A stretch of 64,000 bases of DNA from Chrysomallon squamiferum. Its lineage: Eukaryota; Animalia; Mollusca. The position numbers and the translations under genes are program-made. Positions 13,287 through 27,100 of this stretch are shown here, in pieces (positions within the stretch are counted from its first letter, which is position 1; every line of letters starts with the position of its first letter). The notes under the pieces were generated by a model, which searched no databases, was not told the DNA's origin, and saw nothing but the letters and a program-made list of their open reading frames with translations. Location of the stretch: positions 13,392,001 to 13,456,000 of the forward strand of contig CM022673.1 in the NCBI GenBank assembly GCA_012295275.1. The letters are read 5' to 3'.

Positions 13287-14440
13287 AAGAGAGAGATTAA
13301 AAAATATTTATAATTTTTTTTTTTTAACTACCTATGTTAATGATCTTTGAAAATATTAGTTAAGAAAAATACTTTCTAAAAATGAGGATTAATTAACCAC
13401 TAATTGCTACTGTTTAATACACAAATGTTGATTTTTTTAAACAACAAATTTAATAAAATCCATAGCAGAACACTTGTTTCATTATATAAACTTCATAGAA
13501 TTTTAGTTAAAGATTAAAAATAAATGAACTTTCAAATTAACCCAATGGATGTATAGGTTAGAATTATATAATTCTATTTTATATTTTTATAATACTGGCA
13601 GAAATTTTAATTTACTAATATTTGTAATTAATTTCAAAATTCAGTGAACAATTATAAAATAACATTAAAAAAATAATAATAATAGTAATAAAAAAAAATA
13701 ATAATAATTTTGTTAAACAAGAAATTATAAAGAACAGGTATTTACAAAATCTTGTTATATGTGGCCGTTAGGTTGGAGAAAGAAATAAAAATGTTGTGAG
13801 AAAAGCAGGTGTGTTCAACAGGTAAATGATTAATGTCGTACCTGCAAGTGGCTTTTGATCCTCCTATTCTTTTTGTACAGCTTCTGTCGTGGCAGGCTTC
13901 TATCAAACGACGCAAAACGAACAAGCACTCGCGAAAAGTGGAGAAGAAAGGGTGATGACTGATGATACACAAAGAAGTCAATGTATTATTACGAACACGA
14001 CCAGCAGTCCGAGATCTCGACTTAGTCCGTGGACTTTTAGGTTTTTCACATTCTCCATCACCCGAAACGAGGTTACACGAATTCAAGCGTTCAGATTTCT
14101 GCCAGTCTGATGAATAACTCTGTTTATCAAAAGGTCGGAAGAAGTTGACACAAATTCCGAATCGCGTGATTCCTGAATCTTTTTCTGTTAAAGTAAATAC
14201 AAATGATGTTGTTTCTCTGAGGCTCATTCGCTTTGGACCCACACTGATGCATCCTTCTGGTTGGCAAAAGAAGACAACATCAGTTGGAAGAGGAAAATCC
14301 TTGTGGTCTTCCAGTGGATACCGCCGCAACAACTCAGGGGTTTGAGAAACATGGTTGTTGTGATTGGGATGACGACTCCCCGTGATGACAATGTAGTCAA
14401 GCAGACGAGGGGAGAAGTATTTCTTTTGCATGTCACTCAT
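636..14440 (-). CDS. MADD: MAP kinase-activating death domain protein (DENN/MADD, Rab3 GEF; aex-3 ortholog), 5' part; gene continues past the left edge
   Basis: Phase-consistent GT-AG exons: 14440-13842, 13164-13023, 6310-6152, 5636-5505, 5061-4948, 4842-4762, 3801-3631 (or alternative 3571-3446), 2113-1955, 1528-1312, 746-636. Peptides [77 protein letters not shown] and [11 protein letters not shown] are MADD uDENN/DENN/dDENN signatures. Confidence 0.95.
3446..3571 (-). CDS. MADD: MADD exon B (duplicated, probably mutually exclusive with exon A), 42 aa
   Basis: tttttgtctag|ATC...ATG|gtagg, 126 nt, phase 0/0, open frame [42 protein letters not shown]; the C-terminal half is clearly homologous to exon A. 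Confidence 0.8.
3631..3801 (-). CDS. MADD: MADD exon A (canonical-type variant of a duplicated exon pair), 57 aa
   Basis: ttacag|GCT...ATG|gtgagt, 171 nt, phase 0/0; [16 protein letters not shown]...[21 protein letters not shown]. Confidence 0.92.
3811..3853 (-). promoter_or_regulatory. cluster of ACTAAC (STAR/QKI-type or branchpoint) and TGCATG (RBFOX) motifs upstream of the MADD exon A acceptor
   Basis: Minus-strand ACTAAC at 3819-3814 and 3828-3823, CTAAC at 3834-3830, TGCATG at 3853-3848; another ACTAAC at 4110-4105. Confidence 0.5.
5105..5148. repeat. (TG)n microsatellite
   Basis: Uninterrupted TG run. Confidence 0.95.
7745..7930. repeat. degenerate ~37-nt minisatellite
   Basis: Several imperfect copies of caaattatactgactatgttttatatttccaccataat. 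Confidence 0.6.
7969..8025 (-). CDS. MADD: candidate internal alternative first coding exon of MADD ([19 protein letters not shown])
   Basis: ATG at 8025 runs 19 codons to a consensus donor TAC|gtaagt (7968), phase 0, matching the phase-0 acceptor of exon 6310-6152. Lies in a locally less AT-rich island of a 6.7-kb intron. Confidence 0.4.
13243..13282. repeat. (CA)n microsatellite
   Basis: Uninterrupted CA run. Confidence 0.95.
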
Positions 14441-15549
14441 GATTAGTGACTGCTGAGTGTGCTTATTATGTGTTGTCACAGCTAAACAGTAACATCATCA
14501 GAAGTACTTAAAACTACCTCAAGCCATGCTGAACACTCCTTTGGACATGATGTTTCTGCAGAAAAAGAAAAATTAATAATAATAAACATGAAATTTAAAG
14601 GTGATTTTAATTATTGATTGATTGCTACCTATATAAAAAAAAAAAAAAAAAAATAGACTTCAGTAAACAGGCAGTTTAATAAAGCTCACCCAGAAATTCT
14701 GTTTAGAAATATTTCACACTGATGTTTGTTAAAAGGACTTTATTGATTAACACCTACAATTATTCCTCCAAACCTAAATAAATAATTACTTTAATGTAAC
14801 ACCCAATACAATTTTGAGCAGCTGTCATATAAAGTCTGAAGATCATTTACTGTAACACACTATCACCGTGGGTTTTTTTTTCATTTAAAACTGAGAAAAT
14901 AATGTCAAAAATGTATCATTTTAGCATAATTCTTCCAAAAATACATACTTTGCAACATACTCAAGTACTAATACCTATTTGTGTGCCAACACAGTGGGGT
15001 GTTGTAGATAATAATGTTCATAGCTTGAACACATGAATACCACAGCTGTTAAAACAGAAAATCAATCATCAGTATGCTTAGGCATGCTTCCACTTTCTGT
15101 TTCACGTCATCATACTAAGTGTTGCTGTCGATAATTTCAGTACATGTAGATGAAACTTTAGAAGCAAATACAAATAAATCTAAGGTTAATAACTTCCATT
15201 GTGTCAGCTATAATGTTGTCTCTTTCTATGAAATTATTGTCAATTATTTATTTCTAAAAATCAACATTCTTCCACAGATCAACTATAATCTAATTAAACT
15301 GAAAATTTTAAAAATAATTATTCAAAAGAGTTATTTTCCTGCATTAATTCTAATAAATAAAAATAAATTATAATTACGTCATAACACACATACACACAAA
15401 TTATATATCAATAAATTACAACCATAATAATGATGATAATAATAATCTGCCTGTTCCTTAATTTGATTAAATCAGGATATAAATTTGACTAGCTGGATTT
15501 TGTAATTAGTATCTCTAGCTTGCTTTCAAAATGGAAAACCAGGTTCCTG

Positions 15550-15730
15550 CCAGAAGACCATGTTGTCTAGTTTGTGCTGGTAATGGCAATCAGAATGGTC
15601 AATAATAGACTGATGAAGCAGATGCTCTGACCGTGATTGATTCCAGGTCATGGAGAAGTCAACACTTGATTGTAATACAGAGTAAAAACTAGTGAGGACT
15701 GGTGCCACAATTGAAAGAGGTCCAACCATG
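15550..15730 (+). mobile_element. degenerate non-LTR retrotransposon (RTE/CR1-like) ORF2 3' remnant
   Basis: Plus-strand translation with stops, ...CW*...IRMVNNRLMKQML*P*LIPGHG..., resembles the W.GH..RM...R.PKQ.L.G.L..G C-terminal motif of LINE ORF2. Recognised from memory, not searched. Confidence 0.35.
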
Positions 15731-18561
15731 ACAATATTGTCCCAAAATCTGAGATTTTATATTCAAAACTTTATCCCTTTTGTCCTCAAAATCCATGTAA
15801 AGGCTACAACAACTGCATTCCCTTTATTATAAGCAGAATGAAAGCAATTATCCTAAGAAGTTACTATGCTACAAAATAAAAATTACAGTCATGAGCTGTT
15901 TGAGAACAACAACAGACAGCATTGTGCTACACCATTTTCTCATTTTTGTCCAGAATAATTGTAGAATGTCTTAATAACTATATCTGTGCACTGCTTCAGG
16001 TAAATAAAATCACTCAGTGGCCAATGTAAGTCAAGACTTGAATACAATACAGGTTAAAAAACCACACACTATTCTAGTGGCAATAACTGAAAAACATCCA
16101 AGCACAACAATGAACTTCACAGCCTATACTATTTTCTCTCTTTTGTAATCAAAACTTAAAGAATAGCAAAAATAACTGTATTATCACTTGAATGAAATCA
16201 TAGTTTGATCTTAGCACAACAAGTGAACTTGGACCTTTTGTGCTTATAAATTACCAGGTACTGAAAAGAGGAGATCAAAATTACCTAGCCTTTGGATATA
16301 ACTATATCAGCATTGATCAGACTGATTGCTATATTGTTTTACAAAAACATGCATACATACATACATACATACATACACACACAGACACAAATATACACAT
16401 ATACAGATATTTGAATAACACTGCCATACCATTGTTACTATTTTGATGGTGAAGAAGCTTTCCTGTTAATTCACATTAATTTCTTAAATTTCATAATTGA
16501 TAATTATTAATAAATAAACAATTAATTTGGCATAAAATTGTTTGTTTTGCAGGCTTTTTAACACACCAAAACTAAAAAAAGGGAAGAAAAACAAAGATAA
16601 ACAAAAATTACTATTTATTTAAAATTTAATAATAACTAATAATTTTCACACAGATGAATGAAAATCAAAATTCTATAACTTCACAAATCAAATATCAACC
16701 TATTCCAAAGCTGATTTTCAAGAGTAATGAAAAAAACTGAGGCCAATTGCCAATAATCAATAACATGTGTTATCTGATATGCAACAAATACATTTGCTGA
16801 GGAAACAGAATTATTTTCTGATACACATTTTAACATGATCCTACTATTAGGACAACCCTATTTTTTGTATCCCTTCACCTACATTATTAAGAAAATCTAT
16901 ATTCTTATTATTAATTCAGAAGCTGGTAAAATTGCCAATTACTGAGCCATAAGCTATTTTATGGTACAATCAATACCGTTACTAATTACTGATGACAGTA
17001 CTCAAAATATGTCACAGCAAGGAATCAATACATCACTGGGAATTAATTAATAATACTCTACCTTAGATGAAGACCAAATGTAATCAACACATAACTCAGT
17101 ATGATTTTTTACATCTGCTCATTTCATTATTCTCATAATTTAAATAATATAAACACAAAGATGTTGTCTAATAAAAAAAAATTTAATTTAAAAAAAGAGA
17201 AAGAATCATTGTGCATTAAAAATCACATAAATTTAGTGTTAAAAAATATAATTATAAAAATAATTAATGATTTTATAGTATACTGTTACAAAATCAAAAA
17301 CCTTGCATAAGTAAAACTTTTTTTGCATGTAAGTTAAAATAATATCTGTATGTCTTTGTTATAAAGAATATATTTCAAGAATAAATATTATAATTTATTT
17401 TTTTATTTTATTACTTTATGCAAGCAGATGAGTAATAATTCCAAACTCTGAGAATCCTTTTATTACTTCAAAAATCAACTGTCAGCTATATAATTATTAT
17501 GGAAATATCACTGTTATTTTTTTTTAAATGATGAAATAAGTAGGGGACACTTATTGTAGACATTCAATGGACTACACTTGATTCTAAGTGTCTGCTATAT
17601 AATTATTAATGAATTTCTTTTCTTCTTCTTTTTTTTTTTAAATTGAAAGAGAAAAGACATCTTTACGTGCATATATCCATCAAGAAGAAAATGACAATTA
17701 TTATTCAGTGAAGTTAATTAGGCTGGAAATTGTTTAGTAAATATGCAGGGGAAAACTAATTAGCAGCTCTTCAATCTGGAAATTAAACAAATACTTTCAT
17801 AACATCAACATAAACAGTAACTGAATGGTTCAAATAAGTTCAAACTGAAGAGTAAATACTGTGTATTTATGTGCCAAATTAATGATATGACAGTTAACAA
17901 GAAACCAATAAAACTATTTGCTTGAAAATGATACAGAACTGTTTAGGTATAGCCACAGGTGTTGTTCCAGTTCAACTATTACAAGAAATGAAATTACTCT
18001 AATTGTACAAAAATAATTCACAGTGATAAGTTGGATAACATTATTATGTACCAATTCTTGGAAAATAGATTTTATGGGAAGAAAAAAATATATATTACTT
18101 TTGCTGTACCTAATAATACATAAAAATAAATAAATTTTGTAGACCAAAAATACAATGCTTTGGTTTAAATTATAAATCTAACATTTTATTTGCCTCTTCC
18201 ACAAATGGATTTAAAAAGACTTTTGTTTTTAATAACTCATTGCCTGTAACATTCTATTATGCAAATATCATGGCAAATTTTAAATATCATCTCCAAATGA
18301 AAATTAAAAAAAAAAAAAAATTATTAACCTTATTTTTGTGTTGATAAATATACTGTAGAGGTCTACAAATGATTAATGATGGTACAGGAAATAATTTACA
18401 TTTTAAAAACAATCCACTTAAATTTTCCATTCTTCAAAACATACATTATTTTCAGAATTTTGGCCTACTGTGAATATATAATAAAGTAATTTTACGTTTT
18501 TACTTTACAATTCAGTGACCAGTGTACATTACACATTGCAGCTACTTTAAGAAGTACTTAC

Positions 18562-19000
18562 CAACGCATTATAACACACACTTTCAAAATAGAAAGTGTT
18601 AAAAAGGCTGAATTTCTGCCATACTCTTTTTACCACTGAATGTACTGCAGGCCAAAACTGTACTACACACATAAATAATTTCGCCGGCTCTAGCTATGAA
18701 TGGTCGCTAAATTATCCGTCAGACAGAAACAAGTTCAGAATGCCACGGCTGGCCTCGCACAGCTGTTTCGTAAGCAGACGATAACAACACAACGCATTTA
18801 AGTCGGTACATATTAAATTACTAAAACAATTACGATTTATCTATTTTATCCTGAAATTAAGAATGTACCAGTGATAAAAACGAACAAGCTTCTTACCAAT
18901 ATTAATTCTTCTAGTCATCGATAATGCTAAACACTGTTTGACGTCAGGGATGTTTGTAGTGCCCTCTCATATTATTTAGGGGAGATAATCAACGTTATCG
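18562..19000 (-). promoter_or_regulatory. MADD promoter region with two candidate non-coding first exons
   Basis: CpG-enriched island. Consensus donors TTG|gtaagt (18561) and TTG|gtaaga (18896) lie upstream of the acceptor at 14556 that precedes the ATG exon. Confidence 0.5.
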
Positions 19001-21105
19001 ATCCAAAAGTATGTTGGCTTACAACTGTTATCAAAAATTAATTAAAATAAATAAATTACATGCAGTTTCTTATTGCGATCAATTAAACTATCTATTAAAT
19101 TTAATTTACAACTCACTGAAATTTTTAGTTGTATTACTATAAATAAACTGTGAAGGAAAATAAATGAAAATTGTTATAATTTTTCTTGATAAACATTTCT
19201 CTTGCGCACGTAGACACCCACGCGTAAATAAATATGTACATACGCACACGAAGTACACCCACCTCCTTGCAGTTGTAATTATTAGGAGTCAAACATAAGG
19301 TTAGATGTACTTAGATTATGTTTGATATATTTAACTGTTGTGTTCACACTGTATTGGTCGGGCCTGTAACATTACGTTACGCGAACAACATGGCACATTT
19401 TCAATAGACCTAGAACACAGAAAAACAATTTGTAAATAGCCGACTTTATACACACTTATACAGAACATTTATTTTAATTACGGTTTTTGTTTTTATTTTT
19501 ATTTATTTGTTGTTTGTTTAATACTTATTTAATATATGGGCTAATATGGCTTTTTGTAATTAATTTGTAAATATTAACTGATTCTTCAAAAATAAATAAA
19601 TAAATAAATAAATAAAATTTAATAAAATAAAATAAATACCGAAAATGAAAGTAATAGTTTTAACTTTTATAGATTTTTTTTTTCTATCTGATAATTCTCA
19701 TTTTTGGTATTTATTTTTTTAAATTATTTTTTCATTAAATAAATATGTAAAGATAACTGACATGTTCTCTATGATTCCATATGAAAGCCTATACCTTTAA
19801 ATTAAAATGCATTTCATATCCAATTATTTCATTTTTATCCAATTACGACCAGAATGGAGTTATCTTTAATTTATTCCCTTAAATATTTTAAAATATTATT
19901 TTTCCAGTTATATTTATTTATTTGTTTATATATATATATATATAGTTTGATTTTTTAATTATTATATATTTTTTTATTCATTTTCTAATTTTGGTTCGTT
20001 TTGTTTTGCTAAGAGAATTATAAAAATTATACCCTTTCCTTTTGCAAACAACATGAGTCTGAACATGACAAGTAGAGAGTTTATTAACCAATTTGTTCCA
20101 TTTATGACAGGTCAAGATAAAGAGATTTTATTTTACAAATAATTTCTGAAATTTCAGCAGACATCAACTGTAAGCTTTATTTTTATTCCTTTTATTTTAG
20201 ATTTATTTTCTAGACTCCCAGAAATGCCAGTGAAGTCAGGACAAAGCAGTCTTAAATGTTATGAAGCAGTATTATGTTAAATTTGTAAAATAAATTTATC
20301 TTTTTATTAATTAATTAATTATTTCTTAATTCCTTTTTCATATTTTTTTGTTTTTTGGGTTATTTATAAAACAAATTTTGGTTAGGAATCCTGCTGCTAG
20401 TCTGTAGCAGTAATGTATTTTTAATACTGCATTTCCCACTGGCAGGAAAGTATCTGTTGTTTGATACAAAAGTCACATAACTTGCTGAAAATGACAAACA
20501 TCTTAATACATTTAGACTGCTATTTTCAAAAGGTATAAAAAGCAAAGATATTGATTGGTGTATTATTTAATTCATTATTAGTTTTACAAAGTTGTGTAGA
20601 TTTCCAGTTTTGTAACTTGAATTTTATTCATCTTAATATGAAACCAGTGATATATGCTAAAAGTAATGATAGTAAAATATAAACCAGTACTTTTTAAAAT
20701 ACATGTTTTTAATGTCACAACTTCAACTGATTTATATTAAAATAAAATAAAATTAACAAAGCTAGTTAAAATAGTTTTGAAAAATAAAATATTAACTGTT
20801 GAGTGGAATTTCTCCAACACATCACCTTTTTTTATATTAAGGGCATTATTCAACAGCTTATGTGAAATGTCTCATCCATGGTTACTGAATTTTATCAGCA
20901 TAATCAATTCACAGGAAAAAATGAAAAAAAAAAAATCTTATTTCATAGTTTTATGAAAATGGCTATTCAAGTTTTATTTTTATTTTTATAAATAACACTG
21001 ACACTTTCTCATTTGTTTTCTGTCTTTAGTTACTAGGTGGCAGCACCCACATTGTCAGAGTCTTTGTTTAACAGTAATATTTAGAAATATCATGGTTTCC
21101 ACACA

Positions 21106-24100
21106 TCATGATTTGTTTTTGTGTTTTTTATGTTTCTTCTTTTGTTGTGGAGGTTCCTCAGGAAACACCTGCTCTTTGCGTTTTTCTGGTTTTCTGCAAA
21201 GTGTAAAATAATTGCAAATATACTGCTTTATAATAAAAATTATTAAAACTGTTTTAAAGCAACATTATTTGATAATTGGAATAATTATGTTTCTTCCATA
21301 TTTGAAAATCTAATGTTTTGATAAACCCAAATGTAGTCCTGTAAAATTATTTATCATGTGTGGAAAGCAACTATTGGTTGAAATGTAAAGGATGGCTGGA
21401 TCAATACAGCTATTTATACATTTATAAAAAACAGTAAAAGGTGCATATAAAAGTTTCTTTATGTTAATGAGAAGGAGTAATCCAGGAATGGCCTTTGCAC
21501 TTTTTCTCTTATAATATCAGTATGTATTTTTATTTATATAACAATGATGATTTTAATAATAATAAATGCTGGACACCAAATAACATTTGACACTGAAATT
21601 TATTAAGCATAATTAAAAAGTAGCTTTTGAGAAATTCATACTAAGATATTTTAAAGTATTTTATGAAGTTGGAAGATAAGAATTATTGTTTTTTTAAATA
21701 TGAACTTTTTTTTAACTTACCCTTTAATGCTGATTAAACCCTGTTTACCAGAACCTGACAATGCTTTGTCCCATTCATTCTCTGAGCCATGAATTGCATA
21801 CTGGGATAGATCACTGGAAGTCAAAATGGCTGCCTCCTTCTTGTGCTTCTCTTTCACTTCTGCAGCAGCTTCAGTCTAAAAAACCCCACAAAAAAACAGT
21901 GATAATATTAACAGAAAATAACATTTACTTGAAACTGGGGTTATAAATTCCAGTATTTGACAAAAGTGTACTTATTAAAATATTTAAAACTTTGCAAGCT
22001 TCTTATCTATAGTAAATGATTTATGAGAGTAAGAGAAAGTAAAATTTGTTTACATAAAATCTTTCAAATTCTAAGTATTCCTGAAATGAAATTTCTTCTG
22101 ACATTTCAACAATTGGACAGTTTGTGACAGTCTGCCAACCAGATGGCTCGTAAGATCTAAGTAATTAGTTGTTTTGTGAAATTCACCCAATCAGATGACT
22201 TGTAATATTGCATTTTCGTAGTCAAACTAATAGCTGATATTTGTACTTAACAAACTATTTAGACTCATGATGATGTTTTTATTGCAAAAAGGTTAAATAA
22301 TCAAGACAAAATTTGTTTACCAGTTCTTCCTCCATGTTTTGAATCATTGGTGTCATGGTGATTTCCTTCTGTTCTATCATTGTCTGTTCAATATTCCTCT
22401 CCACAATTTGGTTAAAATACTGAAATTAAATGTAATAGAAATAACCATCTTCAAACTTTTAGTCAAAACACTTTTTACCAATTATATTATTTAAAGATCT
22501 TAATTATAATTAAATGTTATTATTTTCACATATAATTATCATATTTGTTAATTATTGTTATTATTATTATCACATCTGTAACAGATATATGTCTCTGTAT
22601 GTATTTTTTCATTTTCAAACCTGTAATTAATACCTGGAATTATTTTCACAGCTGTAGTTAATAACTTATTATTATTTTATAATTAAATAACATACCTGTA
22701 CAATTTTTCGGATAATTCTGTTAAAGAGAGCAAGAAGCTGATTAACAGGAAGATCTAATTCCTTCTCCAAATCATCCACAGATTTGTGCTGTAGTCCGAA
22801 TCCTAGTAACAAACCCTGAAACAAATAATTTTATATTCCACACTATATTTATATAAATCTTTAATTAACTGCAGAAATTATTATGCTGATTATTCTAGTA
22901 TTATAAAAGTATTGTACTAACCTAATAAAAACAGGCTGATCCTAAACCAAGATAAATGACCTAACAACCGTACCACTAAACCAAGTCATTGCAACAAGGA
23001 ATACACAAAATACTGAAACAAAAATTGTTACTATGCCAATATATTTTCATCCATTTTCCTCAGTATGTAAATATTTTAAGAATTTATCGGTACAAGAATT
23101 TAGAAGATTGTGATTGTGAATGATAGCACTAAATTAATATAAAACAACTACTCACCAGTTGCACAGCACTAAGGTGAACATCAATTTTTTTCACAAAGTA
23201 GAGTCGGGCAATGGCAGGAAGTAGATCGATAATGAGATGATAGTCAACCATGTTCTGTGAATACAGCTCCAGTCGTTTCAGATCATACTTGGTGAAATGT
23301 ATTGACAACTCAGCATATGACAGGGGAACTGAAATTTTAAAATAGTTTCTTTGAACTAAATATTAAACAAATATGTTATTCGGATATTTTGACTGTCAGG
23401 TTATATTGTGTTGATTAATAAATTCAACTTATATATGAACACTAACAATATATCAACAAATATATAAAATATTTTTGACTAACAATGGCCAACAATATAA
23501 AAATGTTGAACAAATTTGTTTCATTAAAACATCTATAGCTCATTTGAAATTTTTTTTAAGAAAAATTGAATTGTTTCATAAATAAAGTAAAAATAAAGCT
23601 TGAAAAACAGCTACACTTACAAGTTTCTTTCTGCTCATATTGTTTTTGAACAAGAAGATTCAGAGCAAAAGATGGTGAAAAAGCCCGAAATTGATATGAC
23701 AACAATGATACTAGCCGACGTCTAAAATCTGTCACAATAAAAAGTAAAAAAATAAATAAAATAAGTAATGACCATTTATATGAATCTTAAAGCTCTCTGA
23801 GAATAGATCTAAAATAAAATAATTGATTATATAAAATGACAACAAACTATTTTAAAACTGATATTCATAAATTAAAAGTTTGTTCACAAGTAAAAAATTA
23901 TATTGTTAACTTTAAACATGGTACTTCATTTTAATAATATTTTGTTATAATTATTGATATTTTGTTCATTTATTAACACAATTGTTAATTTTGTTGATTA
24001 CACATTTACTAATTCTAGTAACTTTACAAACTGTGATTAAGGTTTAAAAAATATCCAACCTTTCCAGAATGCTGACAGCCATGTTTCTGAAGTAGACTGG

Positions 24101-27100
24101 TCATTATTCAGAACTTTCAGCATAATACAAGAATGTTCTCCAGTCAAATCATTCTTTAACAAAAAAATATTTTAAATTAAATAAAAGTTTCAAAAATAAT
24201 CATAAAACCTCAAAACCTGCAAAATAACAATAGTTTTAACAAAGTCAAATCATTCTTTAAAATTAAAAAATGAAGAAAGATCATCAAGAAAATTGCCAAA
24301 ACAATTATAAATAATAGTACATATTTCTTGTTTGGATCAAAATAAGTACAGTAATATAGTGAAAAGATAAAAGAATTTTCTAATATTTTAAATTAACTAT
24401 CAGTTTTCTTTTACATATTAATAATCAGGATATATATTTAGTTATAGTAATTTGATATCTCTAGTTCTTTTGAAAACAACATACCGAAAGATATCTTAGA
24501 TAGATAGATTTTTTAATCAACTTACTGGTGTCTGTCTTAAATATACAGGAACAAAGCCAGCTTTCTTCCAAAATCTATTTAAAAAACACATCAACTGTTA
24601 AATTTTAGCTATATATTTATGTTAATAAATCTCTACAACATTAAAAGAAATACTGAATATGTTAACAAAAAAAAAAAAAAAAAAAAAAAAAATGTTTTTC
24701 TTTTAAAATCAACAGCAAACCTGTATAATCTCCTTGTAAAATTATTAATATTTGTAACCAGATAAAACTATTTTTAACTCCAGCTCCACAAAATTAAATA
24801 GAATTATATATACACTGCTATCTGAGTTCTTACCGTAGGAGATCTGAGGTGAGACCGTACGACACACCCATGTAGTCAAGTTTCTCTGCTCGTCTTTCAC
24901 TTAGTTTCAGTAACAGTGGCGGAAGGTTTTTCCTAGGCTTGGGTGTTTCTTCTAACAAATTCACATCCTGGAATTTTTTTTTTTTTTTTATTTTTTTTTA
25001 AATTGTTACATTATATAACAAATTTATATCTGTGAATACCATGCTTGTATCAAAACTAAACCATGATTTTTCATTATTATTATTCATCATTTATAACTGA
25101 ATTCATAAAGATATAAAGTAAAAATAAATAATGATAAAAGATGATGATAAGATAAAATATATTAATATTATTTATGTGTTTCATTATTTCTGAGGTCATT
25201 TCAAAACCAGATTTATTGAAATATTTGATTTTTATTTTATTTTCTCTTGGCTTGTTTATTATTAATTATTTCTTTTTTTTTTTTTAAAAGTATTATATTG
25301 GTCTGTGAAGTAATGTGAAGGAAATAGTAGGAATTGTATATTTGTGTGTTTTTCACTTACTACATCTGTGACTGTTGTGATTTGCTGATTATCAAGGTCT
25401 GTTGTTTCTTGAAGACTTGGAACTTTGCCTTCATAGTACTGTTCTAACAACTGCAGAGCTCTGCTGCCATATCCCATCTACAAAATCATACAAAAACATG
25501 TCAGAGTTGTCTTTTCTTTTATACTCATTTAACAGGAGATAAAAAAAGATATATTAAAACAAAAAAAATTAAACAAGGATTACTGGAGAGTTAATATATT
25601 ACTTTAGATTTTTGTATTATTTGAAAAATCATATCTGTTTGAGATTTACAAGAATTGTCCAAAAGGCACCATTATATATTTTATATTACCAAAATTAAAG
25701 CCCAACCAAAATAACATAATAAAAATTAGTTTCAAGCCTGTCTGTTAATATTGGTTATTAGCTATAAGATTGTTGTCTATGTGAAAGAATAGTACCATGC
25801 CTCTGATTAACAGGAAAAGTGCATGAAATTTGAAAGTATAACTTCAACAATGTACAATCTAGAGATTAATTTAGATTTAAATAATGGAAAACTCACTCTC
25901 TGATAATCTGGATGTGTTGAAATTCTTACTATTCTAGCACCAGACAACCCTGGAAAATCTTGATCCTGAAACTACAATTTAAAAAAAAGTTAGATTTAAT
26001 TTAAGAAAAAAAAAAGAAAATGAAAGAGATCTAGATAAATAATTTTTGTTACTTACATTAAATAAGATTTATTTATATATTTAATAAATGGATAAAAACT
26101 GAAAATAGTGAATTTTAAAGTCATCAGGTTTGCTGTAATTTGTCTTTGGTATATGTTAATGGCACTTTAAAAATAAATATAAAATATATGTTCTCATTTA
26201 ATACTGTTTATTGAAATAATTTCATTCCCAACAGATTTTATATATATTTCCCCCATTTCATTTCATTATATTTTTCTATATTTCAACATATATATAAAAA
26301 TCTATAAGAGTTTGGAAAATAGTGTTTTTATTTTGCCTGTTGTGATAAGAGTGTAGGTAGTTATTCAAGTGTTTACCTGTTGAGAAACTGTCCAAGGTAT
26401 CAAATCACCCGATGCCCTCTGCCCCCGAGACAGACTGTTCAAGATAGACTGTTTGGAAATTTCACCTTCCAGAGCCACCTGCAGAAAAACAATACCAACA
26501 TATTTGTTTGATGAGTCCACTAGAGCACACTGCTTATTTTATATCATCAGCTATTGTATGTCAAACACTTTGTTTAATAATATCAATAGAATTCATTGAT
26601 TCTTTTGTATTATCAGTTATTGCATGCCAAATATTTATTTAATAACACCACTAAAACATATTCATTAATTTTCTGTTATCAGTTATTGTAGGTCAAATAT
26701 TTGTTTCAGACTGACAGGGTGTTAGTTTGTAAGTTACTTCTGGTTAGATTAGAGTTGTCTACCTGAACTACACAAAGAACTTCTGGCAGGGAATTCTGGG
26801 ATTCTTTAACAGGTCCAAGAAGAACAAAAATATGAAATGCAGGAGCATCTGACAACATCTGTAGGTCATTTGGTGAATTCTGTAACAATAATAATACATG
26901 TAAAAATAAGTGTTAAAATAATATTACTATTACTACTACTAATAGCAATAATAATAATTGTAAAAATAAAAAAATAAAAAAACAGCAGTAGTAATAAAAA
27001 TAAAAATAATCATAATAAAATAAATGAATAATTATTATTCAATTTACTTTGTAATGTGATGCCACACAAAGTCCCATGATTCTGTGTAAAAAAGCTTCAG

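Noticed and set aside
22180-22295. Fragments reminiscent of vertebrate U13 (TGATTGGGTG, TCATGAG, TTACGA) in a NAT10 intron
   Set aside because: No RUGAUGA C box, no terminal CUGA and no intact AACCTTGTTACGAC guide. Not callable as SNORD13.
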